Positions 1 to 11,366 of a stretch of DNA of 64,000 nt are shown one piece after another (the first letter of the stretch is position 1; every line of letters begins with the position of its first letter). The notes under the pieces are model-generated. The model did no database searches and was not told the DNA's origin. It worked only from the letters and a program-made list of their open reading frames with translations. The position numbers and the translations under genes are program-made. The DNA comes from Paracoccaceae bacterium. Lineage in GTDB: Bacteria > Pseudomonadota > Alphaproteobacteria > Rhodobacterales > Rhodobacteraceae. Where the stretch lies: NCBI GenBank assembly GCA_045564975.1, contig JBJLGF010000034.1, positions 123,680 through 187,679 of the forward strand, in the 5' to 3' direction.

Positions 1-1
1 G

Positions 2-1560
<1,559 letters not shown>

Positions 1561-1561
<1 letters not shown>

Positions 1562-3651
1562 TGGGAACACGTCCTAAAGAATTATTTCATCTATTTGGTG
1601 ATTTAAACAATTTGTCTGGCATAGGTCCTAAAACTATCATTAATTTAAAAAATCTTTCGATAGAAAAACCTCGGGACTTTCTTTTTAATTTACCGTTTTC
1701 AGTTCTGGATCGTCTACCAGTAAAAAGTGTTCGTGGAGTTTTGTCGTCGCAAATAGTTACCGTCGAAGTATTGGTCAAAGCTCATAAAGTTGGTCGATCC
1801 CGCGCCTCTGCGTATAGGGTTAATGTTCAAGATGCCGAAGTTGGTTTTCAACTTGTGTTTTTTAATGCAAGAAAAGAATATCTTGAAGCTCTTTTACCTG
1901 TCGGAGAACGTAGAGTTATTTCCGGTAAGCTTGAATTTTATGAAGACGTCCCACAAATTGTGCATCCTCACCATATAAAGAAAATTAACGACGAAAAACC
2001 TATTTTTCGGTTTGAACCTGTTTATCCCCTTACTTCTGGTATTAGTCAAAAACTCATGTCTGGTACGATAAATGGCTTATTAGAAAATTTGCCTAAACTC
2101 GATGAGTGGATTGATGATGAATTATTAAAAATAAAAGGCTGGCCGTCTTGGCAGGATGCACTCAAGAGCACTCATTGTCCCATATCGGCTGAGGGTGCTT
2201 CTTTGACTGACCCGGCACGGCAGAGATTAGCTTTTGATGAATTATTTTCACACCAGTTATCCCTGTCCATTGCTAGAAATAAGATCAAGCGATCAAAGGG
2301 CAGAAAAAATATTGCTACAGGTATTATACAAGCTAAAGTTTTGAGTAACCTTCCATTCAATTTTACCGAAGATCAGAAACTTTCAATTAGAGATATACTA
2401 GATGATTTAAAAAAGCCTGAAAGGATGAACCGTCTTCTTCAAGGGGACGTTGGCTCCGGTAAAACTATAGTCGCCTTTATGGGTTTGGTTGCCGCAGTCG
2501 AGGCGGGAGGTCAAGGTGCAATAATGGCGCCTACTGAAATATTGGCAAGGCAACACTTTGAAACGTTGTTACCTTTTGCCGAGAAGGCTGGTGTGAATTT
2601 AAATCTCTTAACTGGCAGAGATAGAGGCAATTTAAGAAATAATAAACTTACCGATTTAAAAGAGGGCAAAACCAATGTTGTTGTCGGAACCCATGCGCTG
2701 TTCCAGTCGGATGTTATATTTAAGGATTTGCGATTTGCAGTTGTAGATGAGCAGCATAGGTTTGGTGTTAATCAACGACTTGAATTAGGTAAAAAGGGCA
2801 GTTTTGTTGATATTTTGATAATGACTGCGACGCCAATCCCAAGATCTTTAGCATTAGCCCAGTATGGCGATATGGACATTAGTATAATTAGGCAGAAACC
2901 TCCTGGTAGAAAACCAATTAATACTGCACTTATCTCAAGTTCGCGCATAGATGAGGTTGTAGATAAATTGAAAAAATCCATTGCTAAGGGAGCACAAGCC
3001 TATTGGGTTTGTCCGCTTATCGAAGAAAGTGAGGTTTTACACTATACGGCTGCTGAACGCAGATTTGAACAGCTTCGAGCCAAATTGGGCGAGGGGGTAG
3101 TGGAGTTAGTTCACGGAAAAATGTCTTCAGAAATCAAAGATAAAATTATGGATCGATTTATTTCTGGAAATACTAAGCTTCTCGTTGCAACAACTGTAAT
3201 AGAAGTTGGGGTAAATGTGCCTTCGGCAAATATTATGGTAGTCGAAAATGCTGAAAAATTTGGTTTGGCGCAGTTGCATCAATTGCGTGGAAGAGTGGGG
3301 AGAGGGGCTAATCAATCAACTTGTTTATTGCTGTATAAAGAACCATTAAACATTTCTAGTAAAAAGCGACTGTCTATTTTGAGAGAAACTGAAGACGGCT
3401 TTAAAATCTCAGAAGTCGATCTGAATTTGAGAGGCTCTGGTGATGCTATCGGAACAGCTCAATCTGGTCTGCCCAGATTTAGAATGGCCAATATTGATAT
3501 GATTGAGGAACTCATGGAGACAGCATATGAGCAGGCGAGATATTTACTTGCAAAAGATCCAAACCTTGAAACCCCTCAAGGTAAAGCCGTCAAAAATCTC
3601 CTTTGGTTAATGGATCAAGATAAGTCCATTCGACTAATTACCGTTGGTTAA
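1561..3651 (+). CDS. recG: ATP-dependent DNA helicase RecG
   Basis: MNRLLQGDVGSGKT, VVDEQHRFG, MTATPIPRSL, QLHQLRGRVGRG; TAATG overlap with ligA. Confidence 0.98.
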
Positions 3652-3683
3652 ACCAAGATATTCTTAATTTGTTCTCTTTTTTG

Positions 3684-3721
3684 TTGACAAACATAGAAAT
3701 AAATGAGAACAAAACAAAAAC
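3684..3721 (+). promoter_or_regulatory. Putative sigma70 -35 (TTGACA) followed by degenerate alphaproteobacterial LexA boxes GAAA-N7-GAAC-N7-AAAC
   Basis: TTGACA 3684-3689; gaaa 3696-3699, gaac 3707-3710, aaac 3718-3721 with 11-bp period, matching the GAAC-N7-GAAC pattern with one mismatch per outer half-site. Confidence 0.45.
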
Positions 3722-3750
3722 AAATTAAAAAAATAAAAAAGGTTGGTTAA

Positions 3751-3873
3751 ATGTTAGCTCAAATAAAGACTATATTCTCAAGACAAAAAGAAGCCATTTT
3801 TCTAGATATGATAGGCTGCGTCTCTTTATTCATAATTTTTGCAACCGCTTTGCATATTCCAGTACTTATTTAA
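3751..3873 (+). CDS. Small 40-aa predicted membrane peptide (MLAQIKTIFSRQKEAIFLDMIGCVSLFIIFATALHIPVLI), below ORF-track cutoff
   Basis: ATG 3751 to TAA 3873, AAGG upstream, fills the recG-scaffold intergenic gap, hydrophobic C-terminal helix; resembles small hypothetical proteins I recall after recG in Rhodobacteraceae. Confidence 0.65.
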   Translation: MLAQIKTIFSRQKEAIFLDMIGCVSLFIIFATALHIPVLI

Positions 3874-3894
3874 AAGTACCTACGAGCGTTGACA

Positions 3895-4350
3895 TTAAAA
3901 TAATTTATCGCCATCTGCGATTTGCTGGAATGCGGCTAAAGTAGCTTCGATAGCTAGAAGTATTGAGGCATGTCTATTTTTGTATTCTGATGCAGGTTGT
4001 AGCATATACAAATCGTCAAACGGTTTGCTGGGAGTGGGGCCGTTATTCGTAAGCATATCGCTTAACTCTTCGTAAGCTTTACTTACTTCTTTAAGTGAGC
4101 GACCAATAATAGCCTTTCCAATTATGGTAGAAGAAGCTTGTCCGAGAGCGCAGGCTCTAACGTCTTGCCCGTAATGTGTGATAATTCCATTTTTTACATT
4201 AATATCGACTGTAATTGCGGAACCGCACAGCGGCGATCTTTTTGTTACAGATGCATCAGGTTCAGATAGGCGTTCACGGTAGATAGGATCAGCGGCCATT
4301 TGAAGAATTTTGCCTGAATATAATTTTATTAAGTCAGTTTCAGACGGCAT
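3895..4350 (-). CDS. NifU/IscU N-terminal-like Fe-S scaffold family protein
   Basis: RSPLCGS, DVRACALGQAS, RHASILL motifs. Confidence 0.85.
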   Translation of the reverse strand: MPSETDLIKLYSGKILQMAADPIYRERLSEPDASVTKRSPLCGSAITVDINVKNGIITHYGQDVRACALGQASSTIIGKAIIGRSLKEVSKAYEELSDMLTNNGPTPSKPFDDLYMLQPASEYKNRHASILLAIEATLAAFQQIADGDKLF

Positions 4351-4419
4351 GCTCTTTTCCTTTTTGTTTATGATGAGTAAATAGGTTAACTAGCCCTAGT
4401 TGCAAATGGATTATTTAAT

Positions 4420-4782
4420 ATGAATGACTTTGAGCCTAATACACTCAGATACAATGAAGCAGGCCTTTTACCAGTAATTGCGCAAGATGAAAGTACTTTA
4501 GAAGTATTAATGCTTGCTTGGATGAATAAAGAGGCAATTGAAAGAACTCTTCAGACAGGTAAAGTTACATATTGGTCACGTTCTCGCAACAAATTTTGGA
4601 TTAAAGGAGAAACTTCGGGAAATACGCAAGATTTAGTTGAGTTAAGATTTGACTGTGACAGAGATACATTGCTTGTAATTGTCAGGCAAAAGGGAGCTGC
4701 ATGCCACACTCTGAGAAAAAGTTGTTTTTTCACAAGTGTTGTCGATGGATCTGAATCAGAAATAATGGATCCGATAGATTAA
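4420..4782 (+). CDS. hisI: Phosphoribosyl-AMP cyclohydrolase
   Basis: [37 protein letters not shown]. Confidence 0.96.
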   Translation: MNDFEPNTLRYNEAGLLPVIAQDESTLEVLMLAWMNKEAIERTLQTGKVTYWSRSRNKFWIKGETSGNTQDLVELRFDCDRDTLLVIVRQKGAACHTLRKSCFFTSVVDGSESEIMDPID

Positions 4783-4783
4783 A

Positions 4784-6133
4784 ATGGATAAGTCTTTAAA
4801 CATTATTGGCGGTGGAATGGCCGGATGCGAAGCTGCATGGCAAGCGGCTAACATGGGCGTAGATGTTACTCTATACGAAATGCGGCCAAAGGTTAAAACT
4901 TTTGCTCATCAAACTGAAAAATTGGGTGAAATGGTTTGCTCTAACTCTTTTCGCTCTAACGATGATGAGCAAAATGCGGTTGGTCTATTACATTGGGAAA
5001 TGATGCTTGCAAATGGACTGATCATCAACACGGCTTATCAAAATAAATTACCGGCGGGTGGCGCTCTTGCCGTTGATAGAGAAGAATTTGCCGAGGCCAT
5101 AACTAGAAAAATTAATGATCATCCAAAAATACGAATTTCGAACGAAGAAATCACAACACTTCCAACTGAGGGACGATGGATTGTAGCTACTGGCCCCCTT
5201 ACTTCTTCCAGGTTGGCAAATTCTATTGCCGAATTAAGTGGAACTGATGCTTTGGCGTTTTTTGATGCGATCGCGCCAATTATTTATTTTGATACGATAG
5301 ATATGTCAAAAGCTTGGATGCAATCGAGATATGATAAGGGGGAAACAGAAGAAGAGAGAACAGCGTATTTAAACTGCCCCATGTCCAAAGAACAGTATAT
5401 TAAATTTATTTATGCACTTTTGGCAGCCGATAAAACAGAGTTTAAGGATGGTGAAACTGCAACATATTTCGATGGATGCCTCCCCATAGAAGTGATGGCC
5501 GAAAGAGGATTGGAAACACTGAGATTTGGCCCCATGAAACCTGTAGGGTTGACTAATCCTCATTTAGAAGAAAAGCCTTATGCGGTTGTTCAACTTCGTC
5601 GTGATAATGCTCTGGGTACACTTTACAATATTGTTGGATTTCAAACTAAAATGAAATATGGAGCACAAAAAGAAATTTTAAGAATGATTCCAGGTCTGGA
5701 AGAGGCTAAGTTTGCTAGACTGGGAGGTATTCATAGAAACTCTTTTATAAATTCTCCGTTATTGTTGGATAAAAAACTACGTTTCAAACCGAGATCAAAT
5801 ATTCGTTTTGCTGGTCAAATCACTGGAGTTGAAGGTTATGTAGAAAGTGCTTCAATTGGATTGCTTTCTGGTCGATTAGCAGCCTTAGAAATTCTTGAAG
5901 AAGATATTCCCGACGTTCCAGTGGATACAGCAATCGGTTCACTAGTTAATCATATCACGGGTGGGGCTTATGCAAAAACTTTCCAGCCCATGAATGTAAA
6001 TTTTGGCTTATTTCCAATAATTGATGGGGTTAAAGGCGGTCGAAAAGCTCGTATTGAGCGCTATAAAGCCTATACTGAGCGTGCGAAGAGTTCCTGGTCG
6101 AACTGGTTGTCAAATTTTGATGGACGTAACTAA
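4784..6133 (+). CDS. trmFO: Folate-dependent tRNA (uracil-54) methyltransferase TrmFO
   Basis: [56 protein letters not shown]. Confidence 0.97.
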   Translation: MDKSLNIIGGGMAGCEAAWQAANMGVDVTLYEMRPKVKTFAHQTEKLGEMVCSNSFRSNDDEQNAVGLLHWEMMLANGLIINTAYQNKLPAGGALAVDREEFAEAITRKINDHPKIRISNEEITTLPTEGRWIVATGPLTSSRLANSIAELSGTDALAFFDAIAPIIYFDTIDMSKAWMQSRYDKGETEEERTAYLNCPMSKEQYIKFIYALLAADKTEFKDGETATYFDGCLPIEVMAERGLETLRFGPMKPVGLTNPHLEEKPYAVVQLRRDNALGTLYNIVGFQTKMKYGAQKEILRMIPGLEEAKFARLGGIHRNSFINSPLLLDKKLRFKPRSNIRFAGQITGVEGYVESASIGLLSGRLAALEILEEDIPDVPVDTAIGSLVNHITGGAYAKTFQPMNVNFGLFPIIDGVKGGRKARIERYKAYTERAKSSWSNWLSNFDGRN

Positions 6134-6157
6134 ATTTAATGCTTTAAAGTGCCCCTA

Positions 6158-6769
6158 ATGGCAAAGAATTATTTAAAAGACGTTTATGTTGGTGGCACGG
6201 ACGACAGTAGAGAATTATATGCTTCCTGGGCTTCAACGTACGATAAAGAAGTCCAAGAAAATGGATATGTGACTCCTCAAAGAGTTGCGAACGCTTTGAA
6301 AGAGGTGGTTAGAGATCAATCTGAACATATTCTAGATTATGGATGTGGAACAGGTTTGTCTGGTTCTGCGCTTCAGGCGGTTGGATTTGAGAATATTGAT
6401 GGTTTGGATGTTTCACACGAAATGGTAATTCTCGCAGAGAAAAAATCTATTTATAAAGACCTGAGGGTATTCGATCCTTCTAATGAAATCCCAGTTTATC
6501 CTGATCAATATAAAATTATAACAGCTATTGGTGTAATAGGGGCTGGAGCAGCACCTCTTAAAACTTTTGATCGCCTATTCGCTTTATTACCACCAGATGG
6601 TTTGTTTGCTTTTTCATTTAATGACCATACGCTTAATGATCCAAATTATGAAAAAAAAGTAAAGCAATGCCTCGACAGTGGGCATGCATCAATTCTGCAT
6701 AAAAGTTATGGAAGTCATCTTCCCAAGGCTAATTTAAATTCCAATATTTATATTCTTAAAAAACTTTGA
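6158..6769 (+). CDS. Class I SAM-dependent methyltransferase
   Basis: LYASWASTYD, ILDYGCGTGLSG, DGLDVS; ATG at 6158 chosen over GTG 6149. Confidence 0.88.
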   Translation: MAKNYLKDVYVGGTDDSRELYASWASTYDKEVQENGYVTPQRVANALKEVVRDQSEHILDYGCGTGLSGSALQAVGFENIDGLDVSHEMVILAEKKSIYKDLRVFDPSNEIPVYPDQYKIITAIGVIGAGAAPLKTFDRLFALLPPDGLFAFSFNDHTLNDPNYEKKVKQCLDSGHASILHKSYGSHLPKANLNSNIYILKKL

Positions 6770-7602
6770 CCATTATAACCCGTTTTGCTCCTTCTCCCAC
6801 TGGACCTTTACATCTTGGTCATGCTTATTCTGCTATTGTTTCACACAATATGGCTCGTAGCGAAGGAGGTAAGTTTTATATTCGAATAGAGAACTTGGAC
6901 CAGTCACGCTCAAAAAAGGAATGGGAAAATCAAATTTTTGATGATCTGGATTGGTTGGGTTTGTCCTGGGATGAGCCGGTAGTGCGCCAATCAGAAAGGA
7001 TTGACCGATATAAAAGTTATTTAATTAAATTCTCTGAAGAGCTAGGCCTTTTTGAATGTATTTGCAGCCGTAGAGACATAAAAAATGCTTTAAGCGCGCC
7101 TCATGAAAGTGAAACGTTATTGGGTCCGGATGGCATAATCTACCCAGGTACTTGTAGAGAAAATATGTTTTCATCCCAATCAAAATTTGAAAACGCCCTT
7201 AGAATGCATATTAAATCGGATAAAAATGGATTGTTCTCTTTTCGAGAGCTTGGTCCAAGAAAAGGAGAAATTTCATTTTCATCAGAAGAATTTTTCAAAA
7301 CAGTTGGTGATGTTGTTTTATGGCGTAAAGGATATCCTGCTTATCACTTGGCGTGCGTTGTTGACGATGCTGAGCAAAAAATAACGCATATTGTTCGAGG
7401 GTTGGATTTATTTGAAGCGACTAAAATACACACAGTTTTAAATTCACGCCTTGGGTTTAAAAAACCGTTATATTATCATCACAAATTAATTTGTGACGAA
7501 AATGGCAGGCGATTAGCCAAAAGGGATGATGCAAAATCAATATATAGATATAAACAAGAGGGTTTGAAGGCTAGTGATGTTAGGGCCTTAATAGGTTTTT
7601 AA
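6766..7602 (+). CDS. gluQ: Glutamyl-Q tRNA(Asp) synthetase
   Basis: RFAPSPTGPLHLGH, CICSRRD...YPGTCR Zn motif, AYHLACVVDD, RLAKR; short GluRS catalytic domain only. Confidence 0.93.
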   Translation: MTIITRFAPSPTGPLHLGHAYSAIVSHNMARSEGGKFYIRIENLDQSRSKKEWENQIFDDLDWLGLSWDEPVVRQSERIDRYKSYLIKFSEELGLFECICSRRDIKNALSAPHESETLLGPDGIIYPGTCRENMFSSQSKFENALRMHIKSDKNGLFSFRELGPRKGEISFSSEEFFKTVGDVVLWRKGYPAYHLACVVDDAEQKITHIVRGLDLFEATKIHTVLNSRLGFKKPLYYHHKLICDENGRRLAKRDDAKSIYRYKQEGLKASDVRALIGF

Positions 7603-7614
7603 AATATTAATTAA

Positions 7615-8403
7615 TCAATCTTGTTCCCAAACTGGTTCAAGTTTGTTTAAAAAAGCTTCAATACCTCTCTCCGTTTGCCGCAACATCATATTTTCTGCCA
7701 TTACTTGTCCGGTATATTCGTAGGCTTGAATTATTGGCATCTCCAATTGCTTATAAAAAGCTTCTTTTCCAATTTTGACGGCTGATCCTAATTTTGAAGC
7801 AATTTTCTCGGCGAGTTCTTCTGTCTGTGCTTCAAAACTCTCTATGCTTGCTACTTTATTGACTAACCCAAGTGTTTTTGCTTGATCTGCAGTAATGAAT
7901 TCTCCAGTTGTCAACATTTCAAACGATTGCTTTCTAGGTATATTTCTAGATAGTGCAACCATTGGAGTAGAGCAGAAAAGACCAATATTAACACCATTTA
8001 CTCCAAATTTAGTTGTCTCTTCGGCAACTGCCAAATCACAGGTTGCAACTAGTTGGCATCCGGCAGCAGTTGCTATTCCATGGACCTTAGCAATCACAGG
8101 TTGAGGTAAGTTTTGAATGAGCATCATCATTTTTGCGCATCGGTTAAAGAGATCTAAAAAGTAAGCTTTACCGCCATCTTCTAAATTTCGACCTTGTGTC
8201 ATTTCCTTGAGATTATGCCCTGCGCAAAAGGCTTTACCCGCACCTGAAAGAACCACAGCTCTGATTTGTGTTTCATTTTTTAAATTTTCAAACTCGCTAG
8301 TTAGCGCCGCAAGCATTTCATCCGACAAAGAATTTAAAGTTTCAGGTGAATTTAGAAGGATGTAAGCAACTGAGTTTTTATCGTTACGTTCTAAAATAGC
8401 CAT
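7615..8403 (-). CDS. Enoyl-CoA hydratase/crotonase family protein
   Basis: AFCAGHNLKEM, GIATAAGCQLVATCDL, GVNIGLFCSTP; start set to ATG 8403 behind GGAG. Confidence 0.9.
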   Translation of the reverse strand: MAILERNDKNSVAYILLNSPETLNSLSDEMLAALTSEFENLKNETQIRAVVLSGAGKAFCAGHNLKEMTQGRNLEDGGKAYFLDLFNRCAKMMMLIQNLPQPVIAKVHGIATAAGCQLVATCDLAVAEETTKFGVNGVNIGLFCSTPMVALSRNIPRKQSFEMLTTGEFITADQAKTLGLVNKVASIESFEAQTEELAEKIASKLGSAVKIGKEAFYKQLEMPIIQAYEYTGQVMAENMMLRQTERGIEAFLNKLEPVWEQD

Positions 8404-8459
8404 CTTGCTCTCCTCAAAAATTCCACTAAGCTTAAAGCATCTCAACTAGAGTTAAAAGA

Positions 8460-8882
8460 ATGTCGTTACGTTTTACTATTGAAGAGCTAAACGAGTATGT
8501 CGAGGAAATATTTCCCCAAATCAAAGATGATTTTGAAATTATCGAAATTTCTGAGCAGGGCTCACATGTTAAATTAAATGTGACATTTAAACATTTAAGA
8601 CCAGGCAATACTGTGTCTGGTCCATCAATATTCTATCTTGTTGATTGTTCTGCATATATGGCTGTTTGTGCGAATTTGGGAAAAGAGGCGCTGGCAGTAA
8701 CAATAAATTGCTCAATAGATTTTATGCGAAAACCGTCAGGAGAAAAAGATCTCATAGCTATTTGTGAACTACTTAAGGTGGGCAAAAGCCTAGTTGTTGC
8801 TGACTCTAAAGTTTACTCTGAAGGCGTTGAGAAGCCCGTAGCTCGGGCCACTATCACTTATTCCATACCACCCAAAAATTAG
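8460..8882 (+). CDS. PaaI-family hotdog thioesterase
   Basis: HLRPGNTVSGP, AVTINCSIDFMRKP, PVARATITYSIP. Confidence 0.88.
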   Translation: MSLRFTIEELNEYVEEIFPQIKDDFEIIEISEQGSHVKLNVTFKHLRPGNTVSGPSIFYLVDCSAYMAVCANLGKEALAVTINCSIDFMRKPSGEKDLIAICELLKVGKSLVVADSKVYSEGVEKPVARATITYSIPPKN

Positions 8883-9370
8883 ATTTCATTTTTAACTTCT
8901 GTTTCTTGTTTTTTTACAAATTCAGCTTTAGGCTTAACACCTGTTGCAAGAGGATCATCTTGACGTTGGACTGATCCTTCAAAATGTGCTCCAGACTCAA
9001 TTGCGATTGTTTTATGAATAATGTCACCTTCAACGCGAGCTGTTGATGTCAACCTAACTTTCAAACCTCTGACGCGTCCTATAATTCGACCATTGATAAC
9101 TACATCGTCTGCAACAACTTCGCCCTTTATGGTCGCTGTCTCACCGATAGTTAACAGGTGGGCTTTAATATCGCCTTCAACTGTTCCCTCAACTTGAATG
9201 TCACCAGTTGTTTTAATGTTCCCAACAATATTTAAATCTTGCGATAAAATAGAAGCTGGAGGTTTAGGCTTTGATACGGGAATCGATGAAGTTGTTTTTT
9301 CAGGCTCCATCGATTTAGAGGCCTCGGGAGTTTTTTGTGCTGGTTCGTTTATTTTACTCTTAGAAAACAT
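8879..9370 (-). CDS. Bactofilin (polymer-forming cytoskeletal protein)
   Basis: MFSK N-terminal membrane-targeting motif; beta-helix repeats GDIQVEGTVEGDI, ARVEGDIIHKTIAIESGAHFEG. Confidence 0.93.
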   Translation of the reverse strand: MFSKSKINEPAQKTPEASKSMEPEKTTSSIPVSKPKPPASILSQDLNIVGNIKTTGDIQVEGTVEGDIKAHLLTIGETATIKGEVVADDVVINGRIIGRVRGLKVRLTSTARVEGDIIHKTIAIESGAHFEGSVQRQDDPLATGVKPKAEFVKKQETEVKNEI

Positions 9371-10685
9371 TTTGTGCTGCCTTAATATACTTCATTGGGT
9401 TAATGGGTTTTCCACCTATTCTTATTTCATAGTGTAAATGGGTGCCAGTTGAGCGTCCAGTGTTTCCCATATCGCCTATGTGTTGACCGCGAGAAACTCT
9501 TTGGCCTTTTTTAACACGAAACTTTGAGAGATGTGCATAGCGTGTTTCGATCCCAAAGTCATGTTTTATTTTTATCAATCTTCCATAAGCGCTTTGCCAT
9601 CCAACATATGTTACAACGCCATCCGCGGTACTTCGAATAGGTGTTCCATGTGGAGCAGCAAAATCCGTACCATTATGCATTCTACCCCACCGAGGTCCAT
9701 ATCCGGATGTAAAGCGATTAGCGACCTGTATAGGATGGTAAAAAGGGTACTTTTCTATTGCTATTCGATAAAGATTTATTTCATCGAGGTTTTTCAAAAT
9801 CCTAGAGGCCCTCTCTAAATTTTTATCGTAAATTGCAAAAGCTGTTTCGCCATCACCATCCGCATAGGACAAATTGTGACCTCCATACCCCTTATATCCT
9901 TGCCTAATTGTTTTTATTACGCTTTCTGGGTTAACGCCGGCGGATCGAAACATTTTCTCCAAAGGGCCAACTGAAACCGACAAGGCTTCCTCTATAAGAC
10001 GAAAAATTTGCTCATTTCGCTGCTCCATTAGTTTCATTTCTCTTTCGATTTCTTTTACGCTCAGCCGCGCAGTGTATGCTTCATTTTCTAAAGCATCCCG
10101 CTGTTTTGCAGTCTCACTTAAAACTTTAGAAAGAAGAGCTTCTTTACCCGTTTCAATATTTTCTAGAAAATTCGGCGGAGTTTTTTGTTGAGACTCTAAA
10201 TTTGCCGCTTGCTTAAATTGGTCTAGACTATTTCTAGCTGTTTTTTCTTCTATTCTTGAGGTTTTTAGCTTATTTTTTAGCATAGTCAGAGCCGCAGTTA
10301 GTTCTTTTCGTTCAACTTCGCCTTCCATAAGCGCTTCTTGCAAGAAAGATATATGAACAAGGGCTTCCTCGAACTTAAATTGGGCTTTCCTTGATAAATC
10401 TAATTGAAAATCACGCTCTTCCGCGAGCGACATTAGTCGTGATTGATAATTCTCTTGGTCTCGTAAGGCTTGCTCTCTGAAATTTCCAGCTCCCAGGTTA
10501 TCCATTGCCACGATTGCTATTGAAATTATTGACCAAGCGACCACACAAAAAATTAGAGCAGAAAAACCCACTTGGGTGCTTGATTTCAAATTAACGAAAT
10601 GAGTTTTTCCATTTGTTTTGATAAGCAGCTGGCGCGGTGGTATTATTTTTTGAAAAAACCGCTCGGTTCGCTCAAAGAAGCTCAT
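9360..10685 (-). CDS. Membrane-anchored coiled-coil M23 peptidoglycan endopeptidase (LmdC-like)
   Basis: N-terminal TM, long coiled coil, HNGTD, YAHLS, GRSTGTHLHYE; overlaps bactofilin gene; start uncertain (ORF open to 10769). Confidence 0.9.
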   Translation of the reverse strand: MSFFERTERFFQKIIPPRQLLIKTNGKTHFVNLKSSTQVGFSALIFCVVAWSIISIAIVAMDNLGAGNFREQALRDQENYQSRLMSLAEERDFQLDLSRKAQFKFEEALVHISFLQEALMEGEVERKELTAALTMLKNKLKTSRIEEKTARNSLDQFKQAANLESQQKTPPNFLENIETGKEALLSKVLSETAKQRDALENEAYTARLSVKEIEREMKLMEQRNEQIFRLIEEALSVSVGPLEKMFRSAGVNPESVIKTIRQGYKGYGGHNLSYADGDGETAFAIYDKNLERASRILKNLDEINLYRIAIEKYPFYHPIQVANRFTSGYGPRWGRMHNGTDFAAPHGTPIRSTADGVVTYVGWQSAYGRLIKIKHDFGIETRYAHLSKFRVKKGQRVSRGQHIGDMGNTGRSTGTHLHYEIRIGGKPINPMKYIKAAQNVF

Positions 10686-10852
10686 TTTTTGTTGTTTGTT
10701 AGCCACTATTATGCCGTTGACAAATGAAAACCACTTAAATCTGTTAACGATATCATTATAAATTGGCAATAATTTTATTTTAAATAGGGATATTTTGAGA
10801 TTTTAAACTTTGCTAAAAATTTTATTTTTACTGTTAAAGTGCGTATCGATTT

Positions 10853-11314
10853 TTACAGTTTATCAATTACTTGTAAGACTTCTTTTACGTGCTCAGCAAC
10901 CTTTACTTTACGCCACTCTTTTATGACTAAGCCTTTTCCATCAATAATAAAAGTTGATCTTTCAATGCCCATATAGGTTTTGCCGTACATAGACTTTTCT
11001 TTCCACACCCCGAAATCTTCGCATACACTACCGTTTTCGTCGGAAAGCAGTGATATTGCTAGGTCTTGTTTTTTTACAAACTTTCCATGACTTTCAATAC
11101 TATCTTTCGAAACCCCAAACACACTCACCTTTGCGCTATTAAAGAGCTTAAGGTTTTCAGTGAAATCTTTGGCTTCTTTTGTACAACCAGATGTGTTGTC
11201 TCTTGGATAAAAAAATAAGACGATTAAGTTGGGCCTGTAGTTTTTTAGATCAATAATTTTTCCAAATTCATTTGGTAGAATTACATTAGGGGCTGGGTAG
11301 GGTGTGTTTGACAT
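10853..11314 (-). CDS. bcp: Peroxiredoxin, BCP/PrxQ type
   Basis: FFYPRDNTSGCTKEA, KSMYGKTYMGIERSTF. Confidence 0.93.
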   Translation of the reverse strand: MSNTPYPAPNVILPNEFGKIIDLKNYRPNLIVLFFYPRDNTSGCTKEAKDFTENLKLFNSAKVSVFGVSKDSIESHGKFVKKQDLAISLLSDENGSVCEDFGVWKEKSMYGKTYMGIERSTFIIDGKGLVIKEWRKVKVAEHVKEVLQVIDKL

Positions 11315-11366
11315 ATTTGTATCCTGTTATTACGCGTTATTGGGATATTAGGTCAGATAAGAATAT

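Noticed and set aside
10731-10760. Possible CtrA box upstream of the M23-bactofilin genes
   Set aside because: Only TAAT-N7-TTAAC or TTAA-N5-TTAA, too weak in AT-rich DNA.
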